Positions 35,801-46,071 are shown, numbered from the stretch's first letter. The stretch: 64,000 nt of DNA from Malacoraja senta (GCA_038087875.1 CM075998.1:1986001-2050000), one strand, 5' to 3'. Notes: generated by a model from the sequence alone, not told the origin. Numbers and translations are program-made.

Positions 35801-38800
35801 GCCCACCGAGTCCGCGCCGACCAGCGATCCCCGCTCACTAACACTATCCGACACACACAATGGACAGTTTACATTTTATACCAAGCCAATTAACCTACAA
35901 ATCTGTACGTCTTTGCAGTGTGGGAGGAAACCAGAGATCTCGGAGAAAACCCACGTGGTCACGGAGAGAAGGTACAAACCCCGTACAGACAAGCACCCGT
36001 AGTCGGGATCGAACCGTGTCTCTGGCGCTGAAAGCGCTATAAGGCAGCAACTCTACTGCTGCGCCACCGTGTCGCCCACGGTTCTAAGGATGAAGGAGAT
36101 GAGGGAGCTAGGAAGGAAAGCTGCAGAGAGGAAGATAGAGAAGGGAACAGGCGGGTGCAAAAAGGGATGGGAAAGTTCAATTAGCAGTTTGAGGGAATGA
36201 GGAATAGAAGAGCAGGCCACTGAACAGGAGATATACAATGGGAGAGGAGAATCCTGCTTTATATATTGGCTTTGGTACTATACCAGTGGGCTTGATTTAG
36301 GAAGAAAATAATTTGTGAACATTTCTGTTTGCTGGCTAATTTCACCCAAACATCCTAAAACCACTGATTTCATTTCAGTTCATCTTTTGTTGCGTGCTAA
36401 CCAGTCAGTGGAAAGACAATACATGATTACAATCGAGCCATTCACAGTGTACAGATACAGGATAAAGGGAATATTGTTTAATGCAAGGTAAAGTCCAATC
36501 AAAGATAGTCCGATTTATAGAACTCGATTGAACCTGACGTTTGAACATACTCATACTCTAGGTCTGAAGAAGGGTCTCGACCCGAAACGTCGCCTATTTC
36601 CTTCGCTCCATAGATGCTGCCTCACCCGCTGAGTTTCTCCAACATTTTTGTCTACCTAGGCTCATACTCTTACCTTTCCAACAGTCATGCCACCTGGAGT
36701 CTCCAACCTTCCAAATGGGGTAAAGGTCCGAATTCCAGGCCTTGGAGCCAGACGACCATCTCGGAGTCGAGTTCTCTTTGTCCCTTCTTTGTCCACCATT
36801 GGGAGACCCTGTCAACAGACCAAACCACGACGGTTTGTTTTATTCAATGTATCTCTGCTTCAACAAGTTAACCAGGAACAAAAAGGCTGAAGACAGACAC
36901 AAAATGCTGAAGTTAAGCCCCTGTCCCACTTAGAAGACCTAAACAGCAACCTCTGGTGACCTTGCCCACCACCCAAAAAAAAAATCAAGGTCGAGGTGAC
37001 CTGCAACCTCCTACCAACCTCCCATATGTTGAAAACCTTCCTCGACTATGAAGAAAACCGGCTTCGACTAGACCTGCGACTAAAAAATTCTCGATTTTTA
37101 AAACGGCAACCTATTTTTAGTCGAGGCCGGTTTTAAACATGATGAAAAATTAGCAGCAACCTAGATGAAGCCTCGACCACCGCGGAAACCACTTTCGACC
37201 ATTAGGGAGAGTGACCAAAACCTACGGTGACCTCATGGAAACCTTGGGTGGCGGGCAAGGTCGCCAGAGGTTGCTGTTTAGGTCTCCTAAGTGGGACAGG
37301 GGCTTAACTCAGCAGGTCAGGCTGCATCTCTGGAGAAAAAGAGTAGGTGACGTTTTGGGTCGAGACCTTTCATCAGGAAAAGGATGCCTTTTTTTTCTGG
37401 TAGTTGAAAAATAACAATGGGAGTTGCTGACGATCGGGCATTTTGTGTACTACAAACCTATGTAAGAAGCTAAGAAAAACCTTTCTGAAATCTGACTACC
37501 TCCATTACACACAATCTAGACGTTACCAGCTTTTGATTAATTGACCTGATATATTTTGAGTAGAATCTGTTCTGTATTGGCAAAGGATTTTATTACTATA
37601 TATAAAGTCACTTCTGATCTTTCTCTGCTCGAAAAATCGTTTGTTCTCACAGATTTTGTGTTGAGGTTTTCTTTCTTTCTTTTGCCTGAAGAAACATCAG
37701 GCTATTTGAAGCATGTGATAAATTCCATCTCCATACATTGTGATACAGTGAGATCCCTGGTGAGAACATCCACATCACATGCCTTCCAAATCTTCTAGTG
37801 ATCTCTTTCATGTGACAGTCAGCTGAGGAGCCTAATTCCAGCCAGTTAAACAGGGGTTAACAAAGTCATCAGAGCAAATACTAATTGAATTTGTGTCCAA
37901 TTTTCGTGCAATTATACCTCGTATTTACCTATACTTCACATTTTCAGAACGCAACTTTCAGGAATAACATATTAAACTATTATTCTCAAAAGTTGCAAAC
38001 TCAAATTCTTTTCAGATTTTCTTTTTGTTTAAAACCCCCCATAAATTGTTGTCCTCTGCACTGCAAAACGGTTAGAACTCGTTATGCAGGGAATCTGGTA
38101 TTAAACACCCACAGGTTACCAGGATAAGCTTATAAGAGGCATAGACATGCTGGGAAAATGATGTAAATACCATTGTTCCATGATTACCGTGAGCTTTCTC
38201 TCTCTCTTGCCCTCACCCAACATTGATGGGAGACATGCTGGAGAACCCTCGGGGTTATTCGTGTTTTAGGCCAGCAGAAGTAGCTCATCACACTTCACCA
38301 ATCTTCCTTCCCAGCTCCCCGTTCTTCTTCATACTTACAACCCTCTAAGAACTTTCTATTCCTGCACCCTTGACTTGTAATCACTGTGAAATTCACACAG
38401 TTGAAACAAAAAAGGAATTTTCGGCTTGAGGATATTTCCCGCACAAAACTGCAAGCTGCACCCAAGGTCCTTTCGCAAATCTGTCTTCCTTTCAGCTTTT
38501 CTCTCATCAATCGAAGTTTCTCCTCAAAAGCTCTGTGTCAGTTTGACGGTGTGCATGCCTTTAAAAACATTACACATATGAGGAAAAGCCAGTAACCATA
38601 GCGACAAGTTTGACATGGTTAGGCATGTGCCAAGATCATCAACAGCCTCTAATGAAGCACTCATAAATGAAAAGTGTGTTACATAGAAACATAGAAAATA
38701 GGTGCAGGAGTAGGCCATTCGGCCCTTCGAGCCTGCACTGCCATTTGATATGATCATGGATGATCATCCAACTCAGTATCCCATCCCTGCCTTCTCTCCA

Positions 38801-41479
38801 TACCCCCTGATCCCTTTAGCCACAAGGGCCACATCTAACTCCCTCTTAAATATAGCCAATGAACTGGCCTCAACTACCTTCTGTGGCAGAGAATTCCACA
38901 GATTCACCACTCTCTATGTAAAAAATGATTTCCTCATCTCGGTCCTAAAAGTCTTCCCTCTTATCCTTAAACTGTGACCCCTAGTTCTGGACTTCCCCAA
39001 CATCGGGAATAATCTTCCTGCAACTAGCCTGTCCAACCCCTTAAGAATTTTGTAAATTTCTATAAGATCCCCCCTCAGTCTTCTGAATTCCAACATGTAC
39101 AAGCCGAGTCTATCCAGTCTTTCCTCATATGAAAGTCCTGCCATCCCAGGAATCAGTCTGGTGAACCTTCTCTGTACTCCCTCTATGGCAAGAATGTCTT
39201 TCCTCAGATTAGGAGACCAAAACTGTACGCAATACTCCAGGTGTGGTCTCACCAAGACCCTGTACAACTGCAGTAGAACCTCCCTGCTCTTATACTCAAA
39301 TCCTTTTGCTATGAATGCTAACATACCATTTGCTTTCTTCATTGCCTGCTGCACCTGCATGCCTACTTTCAATGATTGGTGTACCATGACACCCAGGTCT
39401 CGTTGCATCTCCCCTTTTCCTAATCGGCCACCATTCAGATAATAGTCTACTTTCCTGTTTTTGCCACCAAAGTGGATAACCTCACATTTATCCACATTAT
39501 ACTGCATCTGCCATGCATTTGCCCAATCACCCAACCTATCCAAGTCACCTTGCAGCCTCCTAGCATCCTCCTCACAGCTAACACTGCCCCCCAGCTTCGT
39601 GTCATCCGCAAACTTGGAGATGTTGCATTCAATTCCCTCATCCAGATCATTAATATATATTGTAAATAGCTGGGGTCCCAGCACTGAGCCTTGCGGTACC
39701 CCACTAGTCACTGCCTGCCATTCTGAAAAGGACCCGTTTACTCCTACTCTTTGCTTCCTGTTTGCCAGCCAGTTCTCTATCCACATCAATACTGAACCCC
39801 CAATACCATGTGCTTTAAGTTTGTATGCTAATCTCTTATGTGGGACCTTATCGAAAGTTACGTGTGTTAAATTCTTGTTCTAGGTCATTTGATGAGAATT
39901 CATGCAGAATTCTGCACTCCGATCACAATAATACTTTATTAGCCAGGTATGTTTTGCAACATATGAGGAATTTTTCATTTGCCAAGTCAGTCATACAAAT
40001 ACAAAGCAACGGAACACACAAAACACATTTTAACATAAACAGTGGCGCAACGGAAAAGTTGCTGCCTTACAGCGCCGGAGACCCGGGTTCAATCCTGACT
40101 ACGGGTTTTCCCTGTGACCGCGTGGGTTTTCTCCAGGCGCTCCGGTTTCCTCTCACACTCCAAAGACGTGCAGGTTTGTAGGTTAATTGGCTTCAATAAA
40201 AATGTTAAATTGTCCCTTGTGTGGAGGATAGTGTTAGTGTGCGGGGATCGCTGATCGGCACGGAATCGGTGGGCCGAAGAGCCTGTTTCCGCGCTGTGTC
40301 TCTAAACTAAACAAAAAAAAACTAAACTAAACTACAGAGTTGCCTCAACGCACAGATAACACTGAAAGCCAATGGTCTCAACAAAGGTCACGTTTTTTTA
40401 CTTAATCGTATAAGCAAAGGATTATTCACACCCATTCCATCGGTACAGGTGAGAAGTAACCAAACTGAATTATACTGCATGCATTGATTTTTCAGCTCTG
40501 GCTTCAGATCACAGGAGTATGTATCAATATCCATGAGTTTTGAGGCATTTGTTTGAACTTGAGGTAAGTGAGCCAGTACCTTCAGCAGCCATACATGCCC
40601 AGGCCATAACACCCCACCACTGTGTTTCACAGATGAGGTGGTATGCTTTGGATCTTGGGCAGTTCCTTCCCTCCTCCATACTTTGCTCTTGCCATCATTC
40701 TGATATAAGTTAATCTTCGTCTCATCTGTCCACAAGACCTTTTTCCAGAACTGTGGTTGCTCTTTTAAGTACTGCTTGGCAAACTGTAACCTGGCCATCC
40801 TATTTTTGCAGCTAACCAGTGGTTTGCATCTTGCAGTGTAGCCTCTGTATTTCTGTTCATGAAGTCTTCTGCGGACAGTAGTCAATCACAAATCCACACC
40901 TGACCCCTGAAGAGTGTTTCTGATCTGTCAGACAGGTGTTTGGGGATTTTTCTTTCTGAAAGAGAGAATTCTTCTGTCATCAGCCGTGGAGGTCTTCCTT
41001 GGCATGCCAGTCCCTTTGCGATTAGTAAGCTCACCAGTGCTCTCGTTCATCTTAATGATGTTCCAAACAGTTGATTTTGGTAAGCCTAAGGTTTGGCTGA
41101 TGTCTCTAACAGTTATATTCTTGTTTCTCATAATGGATTCATTGACTTTCATTGACACAACTTTGGTCCTCATTTTGATAAACAGCAATAAAAGTTTCCA
41201 AAGGTGATGGAAAGACTGGAGGAAAGACTAGGTGCTGAGAGCTCTCTTACACCTGCATTACAGAGGCAATTAAACACACCTGAGCAATTACAAACGCCTG
41301 TGAAGCCATGTGTCCCAAACATTATGGTGCCCTGCAATGGGGGGACTATGTATAAACACAGCTGTAATTTCTATATGGTGAAACCAAAATGTATAAAAAT
41401 ACCCTTTAATAAAATCTGACAATGTGCACTTTAACCACGTGTGATTACCGCTGAGTTACTCCAGTTTTTTGCGCCTATA

Positions 41480-41558
<79 letters not shown>

Positions 41559-44500
41559 AAGAACAAACAAACTATAATAGTGCAATGATAACAATAATAG
41601 TCTGTGTAGTTTAGAGATTATTTGGAAGTTGTAGTGTTTAATAGCCTAATGGCTGTCGGGAAGAAGCTGTTCCTGAACCTGGACGTCACCGTTTTCAGGC
41701 TCCTGTACCTTCTTCCCGATGGCTGGGGTGAAATGAGTGTGTGGCCTCCACTCCAGCACAGGATGCAACAACAAAGTGGGCATGCCACCTGGTGTCCTTT
41801 GGGGCAAGAAGGAACAAAGAATAAAAGAGGCTGTTATCTAACCTCTCCTCTGCCCACAGGACATCGCAAATCGTTTCATTGCAAAGGAAACGGCTTCAAG
41901 CTGCTCTCACTGCTGTGACAGTGGTAAGCCCAACAGCCAATCTGCACACAGTAAGATCCCACAAAACAAATTTGAGATTAGCACCAGATAAGTTGTTTTG
42001 AGAGGCATCAATTGATGAATACATTTTGTCAAGATGCATTTGGTATGTTGCTATTCCTAAAACTGATTTAACTTCTACCTAGTTATGGCCTCAAGTCATT
42101 TTCATAAGTAGTCTTCAAATACTTCTGCAGCCTCTAATTCTACATTCGGAACATAAATCAATCTGATCAGATCGCTCACCTCCATGCAAAATGTTGAATT
42201 CAAGAAGCTTTAAGAATGAGGAAGATTGTGGTGTTCAACTGGTTTCATACCAACTCAACACAAGTTTGACAGACACAAAATGCTGGAGTAACACAGCAGG
42301 ACAGGCAGCATCTCTGGAGAGAAGGAATGGGTGACGTTTCGGGTCGATACCCTACTTCAGAGGAGGGTCTCGGCCCGAAACGTCACCCATTCCTTCTCTC
42401 CAGAGATGCTGCCTGTCCCGCTGAGTTACTCCAGCATTTTGTGTTTAACACAACATTAGTTTGTGGTGACAGTTATTGGTGGGCAGCCCAGCTGGTTAAA
42501 AGCTTAACAGCAGCAAGAGAGATCACACAGCTTTCAGGTGGGTTCCTGGATCCACCTTTTTTTGTTGCAATATTGCTGTAACTTTAGAGGGAGCACACAA
42601 ACAGGGACACATAAACGCAAAACGCATAAGCAGCCTTCAACACTTCATCTAAGCATAAGTTAGATAGGCACAAAATGCTGGAGTAACTCAGCAGGACATG
42701 CAGCATCTCTGGAGAGAAGGAATGGGTGACGTTTCGGGTCGAGACCCTTCTTCAGACCTGTGTCTATCTTTGGTGCACAGCAGCATCTGCAGTTCCTTCC
42801 TAAACGCAAGTCTGATATTGGTTTACTGTCTCAGGATTTCAAGTGCCTCCAAAGATAGGGAGATTACAAGCAATTTACTAAATCTGGAATTTCCTTCTCA
42901 CTATATTCTTCGAGAATGTTCAGCACACTTCTGCACCTTATTAATATGCGCCGATGTTTGCTTGATTCTGCACACACCTTTTTAATGTGATAATGGTATT
43001 TTCTGACTGTATCCAATTATCACCGCTCCTCGTTAGAACAATTTCCCACTTTGTTAAGATAAGACACAAAATGCTGGAGTAACTCAGCGGGACAGGCAGC
43101 ATCTCTGGAGAGAAGGGACGGGTGACGTTTCGGCCCACTTTGTTCACTCTTAAAGTCTGCAGAAGTATTCTAAATTTGTAAGATAATTAATGAATAAACT
43201 TATGTATTTCAGGCTGGTGGCTTGTTCACTTGAGGCTTTAAAAATGTTGACTGCCTGAAGTTATATGGGACAAAGGCAGTCTCCTCAATGGCAAGGGAAA
43301 GCAGGAAAGGACAAATGGTATGTAACTCAGCAAAAGGCTGATAACAATGAGTGCAAAGATAATTGGGAATAGTCTGGGGGAAATAACATGTATGAGGAGG
43401 GAAAGGTGAAACTGGTCCGCTCTGTTTCGACTAATGCAATCAACTCGACATGCCCAAACGGAAGATCAAATAGAACAAGTTGTCCAACAACTTTAGGTTG
43501 TGCACGCCACACGAAAGAAGAAGGAGAGGAGGTGAAACAGCAGGAGAAAGCGAGAGAGAGAGGAAGAAAGAGATGGGCAACGAGCGTGAAGGAGGAAGGG
43601 CAAAAGGTGTGGGACTGAAAAAGGGCAGGAGCGGAAAAAGGGAATGGAGGTAGAATAGCGAGGGATACAGAAGAAAGAGAATATTGGGACAAGGCATGGC
43701 AGGAGTTAAAGGGGAGAGTGAAGAGGTGAGAAAAGGGGGGAAGAGTGGGCAGGCAAAACAAGAGGAGGGGGTCAGTGGAGAACTGCGAGGAATCAGGAAA
43801 GGTGGGAGAGTGAATAGAGCAAAAGAGCGGGGAATTTAAGCGGGACCAATATAAAAGAGGGGAAGACAATAAAGAGAAAAAAAAGAGCAGAGAGAGAGAG
43901 ACCCAAATATGCAGATGCAGAGATATCTTTATTAATGTTGCTGTTGAAGTGGCAGCTGAGAACTGCATGAAATGCATTCAATGGCATTCACCTGAAACCC
44001 TGCAAACATGGACTGTAAATAACCTGGAGTTAACATTACCCACAGAGCACAGTGACATGAGGGAAGATTCATGCCTGTTCAGTATTTAAGATGGAATATC
44101 AAATGTGTTTTTGATGTGTGTTCAACATTTCACTGTAGTTAGTAAACAGAAAGAATCATCTTTTATTTCCATTCCCCCGTGTCCTCCCCTTCTCCCCACA
44201 ATCCCCAGAAGAAAAAGAACTAGTAATCTGCATCCTCTCACTCCGCAACACATTGAGTTGGTGTTGCAGTATTCTGAATTACAGATTTTCCAGATCATCC
44301 TACAGTTTTGCCAAGGCGGAGGAGTGCGATGATTAAGCCCAAGACAGCAAATATAACCTGTTAGATTTTAATATCAAGCTTTTTATTCAAAGTGAATTCT
44401 CTGTTTCTTCTCTCGTAACTCATACTTTCAAAATTCAGCCATTTTACACCTCAGGATTGTGTGACTATCTTGATAACCTACACCCTTCAGCAAAATCTAC

Positions 44501-45993
44501 TTTCCGTGATGGTTGCACTTTTGGTCCAGGCATCGAGGGATTTGTTTTAACCACTAATTTTGCTGATACACACAGACCGTGCTTTCTATTCTGGCCGAAT
44601 AGCAACTAAGAATGTTTATCCAATTTAACTGAGAAACCGGCAGAAAGAGTGCATACTCCCAAGGTTCAAAGGGTCAAATTGACTTTATATTTCCTACACT
44701 AAGACATAGACTTCACTTTCAAAGTAATTCATTAGCTGTAAAACACTTTGGGGCATCCTGAAGTTATGAAAGATGCCAGATAAAAAGTACTTTTTCTTTG
44801 TCACCAACTGATATTTTTAGTTTGAACTCAAATATAATTAGTTTTCTCATTGCTCTGCTGGATTTATTCTTTAGATCTTTAAGATTACCACTATAATGCA
44901 GCCAGCAAATATATTTCTATTAAATTGCAACAAAACTGAATTTTGGCTTGGATAGTTGGATGGTGAAAATCACTTTGTTAATGACTGTGGAAGAATCGTA
45001 TACTTTGAGGCGGCATCTAGGCTTCCAGAACGCTATATTTAGTTCCTAATATAAAGTTCAAATATCTGTGATCTGATCTGTAGTTAATTTGCACCAAAAT
45101 AATTCAAGTGACTGCGACAGTGGCAGCTTTGAAACTAAATTTAAACACCGCACAGACCCGACACCTAAACGCTGTGAACATTTTCTCCTCGCCTCACACC
45201 TGCCAAAAATCAAATGGATATTATATAACAGGAAGGAGGAGAAAACCTTTAACAGAGAGAAAAAACCCCATCATCAACCCATTCAACACTAAAAGCATCC
45301 TTAAAACACCCAACATGTAGACAATTAAATGTGTATTCCCACTCTAGAATATCCATGAAATAAAATTTTCTCCCAACTGAAATTTTTGCAATACTGTAAA
45401 AAGATATTTCCATTCTACTTGATCAAATGCTTTTTCTGCATCTCATGAAATAATTGATAAGTCTTCTTTTATCGTTCTGTGTGAGTACATTAAGTTAAAC
45501 AGGCGTCTCAAATTGTTAAACGAGTGTCTCTTGGGTATAAACCCAGTTTGATCCGAGTGTATTAATTTATTAACGTATTTACTTAATCTTCTTGCCAGAG
45601 TTTTAGCTAATATTTTCTGATCTGTATTTAACAGGGCGATTGCTCTGTATGATCCCAGGTAGAATATTAAATGTATATTCACCTTTTGGTAAAAAAAATG
45701 TTTTCATGAACCTTTCGAAGACTTAACAAAAAACAGATTGGCATTAGAGATGAAACCTAAAAAAAAGATTTAATTCCAGCAAAATGTAATTTCTATTTGC
45801 CAGAGTATAATAGGTGGTTTAAACAGCTAGCAATCTAAAGAGGAAAAACGACTTCTTATGGAAACTATAACACGCAGTAATATTAAATATCAATAAATGA
45901 TAGCTGGATGTAAAACATGTTGAACTTACAGCCGGTAACTAAAGGAGCAGCACAAATGATAAAAATCAATCGCAACTGCTGTTTGATCCTCAT
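20639..45993 (-). CDS. PMEL: Premelanosome protein PMEL (Pmel17/gp100), complete 12-exon CDS, 2367 nt, 788 aa
   Basis: Domain order: signal peptide, N-terminal region ([18 protein letters not shown]), PKD domain ([13 protein letters not shown]), repeat (RPT) domain, proprotein-convertase site LVKR|Q, Cys-rich kringle-like domain, transmembrane helix, dileucine ENSPLL. All introns are GT-AG and in phase, and the gene is head-to-head with CDK2. Confidence 0.96.
20978..21031 (+). ncRNA. Minimal HDV-like ribozyme
   Basis: Identical to 3571-3624. Confidence 0.85.
20978..21115 (+). mobile_element. Ribozyme-headed SINE-like retroposon, copy 2 (subfamily A)
   Basis: TSD aacaagttttcc at 20966-20977 and 21116-21127. 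Confidence 0.9.
21524..21617 (-). CDS. PMEL: PMEL exon 11, transmembrane helix ([23 protein letters not shown])
   Basis: ctcag / gtgag boundaries; 94 nt; hydrophobic stretch. Confidence 0.92.
21835..22915 (+). mobile_element. Two degenerate CR1 3' fragments with a Penelope insert
   Basis: [26 protein letters not shown] motif occurs twice. Confidence 0.75.
23345..23550 (-). CDS. PMEL: PMEL exon 10, kringle-like domain ([14 protein letters not shown]...[14 protein letters not shown])
   Basis: ttcag / gtaag boundaries; 206 nt. Confidence 0.95.
23655..23982 (-). mobile_element. CR1 3' end
   Basis: [13 protein letters not shown]...[17 protein letters not shown]. The same tail occurs at ~265-390, 32720-32845, 50610-50835, 51645-51862 and 52150-52287. 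Confidence 0.85.
24347..24862 (+). mobile_element. Rex1/Babar-type LINE 3' end
   Basis: [11 protein letters not shown]...[34 protein letters not shown]; (cttga)n tail. Confidence 0.85.
24959..25064 (-). CDS. PMEL: PMEL exon 9 (SIESVEIVQ...[11 protein letters not shown])
   Basis: ttcag / gtatg boundaries; 106 nt. Confidence 0.94.
25502..25807 (+). mobile_element. V-SINE (HE1-like): tRNA-derived head, V domain, (ctaaa)n tail
   Basis: A box ggtggcgcagtggtag, B-box-like gggtgcgatcc, V-domain gtgggttttctcc..ccggtttcctcccac. Confidence 0.88.
26204..26359 (-). CDS. PMEL: PMEL exon 8 with convertase site ([24 protein letters not shown])
   Basis: tatag / gtgag boundaries; 156 nt. Confidence 0.93.
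26456..26720. mobile_element. PIF/Harbinger-like MITE 2
   Basis: TIR tgggcctgtcccacttatg; flanks TTA/TTT. Confidence 0.82.
27211..27786 (-). CDS. PMEL: PMEL exon 7, Ala-rich repeat (RPT) domain
   Basis: 576-nt open frame, phase 1-1, catag / gtagg boundaries; 33-bp (11-aa) internal periodicity. Confidence 0.88.
30011..30427 (-). CDS. PMEL: PMEL exon 6, PKD domain plus S/T/P-rich linker
   Basis: [11 protein letters not shown]...LHDPSQYL...[13 protein letters not shown]; tgcag / gtagg boundaries; 417 nt. Confidence 0.93.
30905..31157 (+). mobile_element. Penelope-like GIY-YIG fragment
   Basis: Homologous to 17520-17770. Confidence 0.8.
31465..31626 (-). CDS. PMEL: PMEL exon 5 ([11 protein letters not shown]...[10 protein letters not shown]...FTIT)
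   Basis: tccag / gtaag boundaries; 162 nt. Confidence 0.95.
31766..32040 (-). mobile_element. Penelope pLTR fragment with an intact hammerhead core
   Basis: The reverse complement of 31828-31860 reads agtCTGAAGAagggtctcgacccGAAAcgTCac. Confidence 0.8.
32463..32603 (-). CDS. PMEL: PMEL exon 4 ([11 protein letters not shown]...FPDGEPFP...FIFVWQAL)
   Basis: tatag / gtatg boundaries; 141 nt. Confidence 0.94.
34304..34450 (-). CDS. PMEL: PMEL exon 3 ([21 protein letters not shown]...WAENCTLN)
   Basis: tacag / gtaag boundaries; 147 nt. Confidence 0.95.
34620..35170 (+). mobile_element. Rex1/Babar-type LINE 3' end
   Basis: Homologous to 2165-2505 (+), 48030-48735 (-) and 36385-36515 (-); 1-262 (-) overlaps the upstream part of the 48030-48735 copy. 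Confidence 0.82.
35762..36077 (-). mobile_element. V-SINE (HE1-like)
   Basis: Full-length reverse copy of 25502-25807. Confidence 0.88.
36559..36596 (+). ncRNA. Minimal type I hammerhead ribozyme (Penelope pLTR-derived)
   Basis: Stem I UAGGU/GCCUA, core CUGAAGA, stem II GGGUC/GACCC, GAAA, palindromic ACGU stem III, GUC cleavage triplet. Confidence 0.75.
36674..36808 (-). CDS. PMEL: PMEL exon 2 (...[24 protein letters not shown])
   Basis: gacag / gtaag boundaries; 135 nt. Confidence 0.92.
36916..37304. mobile_element. PIF/Harbinger-like MITE 3
   Basis: TIR agcccctgtcccacttag; flanks TTA/TAA. Confidence 0.82.
37712..37816. promoter_or_regulatory. Candidate melanocyte enhancer in PMEL intron 1 (3 MITF E-boxes plus a SOX site)
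   Basis: CATGTGA at 37712, CATTGT at 37736, TCACATG at 37775 and TCATGTGAC at 37808, all in non-repetitive sequence. Confidence 0.6.
38680..39857 (-). mobile_element. CR1-clade LINE, 5'-truncated (RT C-terminus plus 3' UTR)
   Basis: ORF 38914-39789: [21 protein letters not shown]...KFADDTKL...[14 protein letters not shown]; (ttctatgt) tail. Confidence 0.95.
40041..40332 (+). mobile_element. V-SINE (HE1-like), internal deletion
   Basis: Same family as 25502-25807. Confidence 0.85.
40540..41440 (-). mobile_element. Tc1/mariner transposon remnant (frameshifted transposase)
   Basis: HTH-like [18 protein letters not shown], then RRRLHE...ARCKPL...[14 protein letters not shown]...VKHSGG. Confidence 0.9.
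41483..41556. repeat. (CA)n microsatellite
   Basis: Seen directly; a shorter (CA)n lies at 53784-53814. Confidence 0.97.
42273..42444. repeat. Palindromic inverted-pLTR element (Penelope-derived)
   Basis: ~75-bp near-perfect inverted arms. Similar foldbacks at ~16728-16892, 17195-17344, 18868-18985, 21206-21389, 23106-23252, 31206-31348 and 58196-58356. Confidence 0.85.
42725..42758 (-). ncRNA. Minimal type I hammerhead ribozyme (Penelope pLTR-derived), sense to PMEL pre-mRNA
   Basis: Reverse complement reads ggtCTGAAGAagggtctcgacccGAAAcgTCacc. Confidence 0.7.
43413..43522 (+). mobile_element. 5'-truncated copy 4 of the ribozyme-headed SINE (subfamily B)
   Basis: Starts at tggtccgctctgtttcgactaatgcaatc and ends in gaagaag; partial TSD aggtgaaac. 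Confidence 0.8.
43520..43900. repeat. Purine (G/A)-rich low-complexity tract
   Basis: ~380 bp with strong purine bias on the + strand. Confidence 0.8.
45340..45660 (-). mobile_element. L1/Tx1-clade RT fragment
   Basis: [23 protein letters not shown]...DQTGFIPKR...[11 protein letters not shown]. Confidence 0.85.
45930..45993 (-). CDS. PMEL: PMEL exon 1, signal peptide ([21 protein letters not shown])
   Basis: aagATG start, hydrophobic peptide, gtaag donor in phase 1 matching exon 2, TATA-like element ~70 nt upstream. Confidence 0.8.
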
Positions 45994-46059
45994 CTTTTCT
46001 TTATTTCTTCTTCCTTCCAACGATTCAGAGATGAAGAGAGCGCATCTTACAGACAAGCC

Positions 46060-46071
46060 ACTTATAAATAA
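46060..46071 (-). promoter_or_regulatory. PMEL TATA-like box
   Basis: TATTTATAAG on the - strand ~70 nt upstream of the PMEL ATG. Confidence 0.5.

Noticed and set aside
43327..43977. 216-aa hydrophobic ORF on the - strand
   Set aside because: It is the translation of a pyrimidine-rich low-complexity tract plus a SINE copy, with no coherent protein signal.
20639..45993. Alternative identity as GPNMB
   Set aside because: The LVKRQ cleavage site, long RPT exon, GENSPLL tail and adjacency to CDK2 all favour PMEL.
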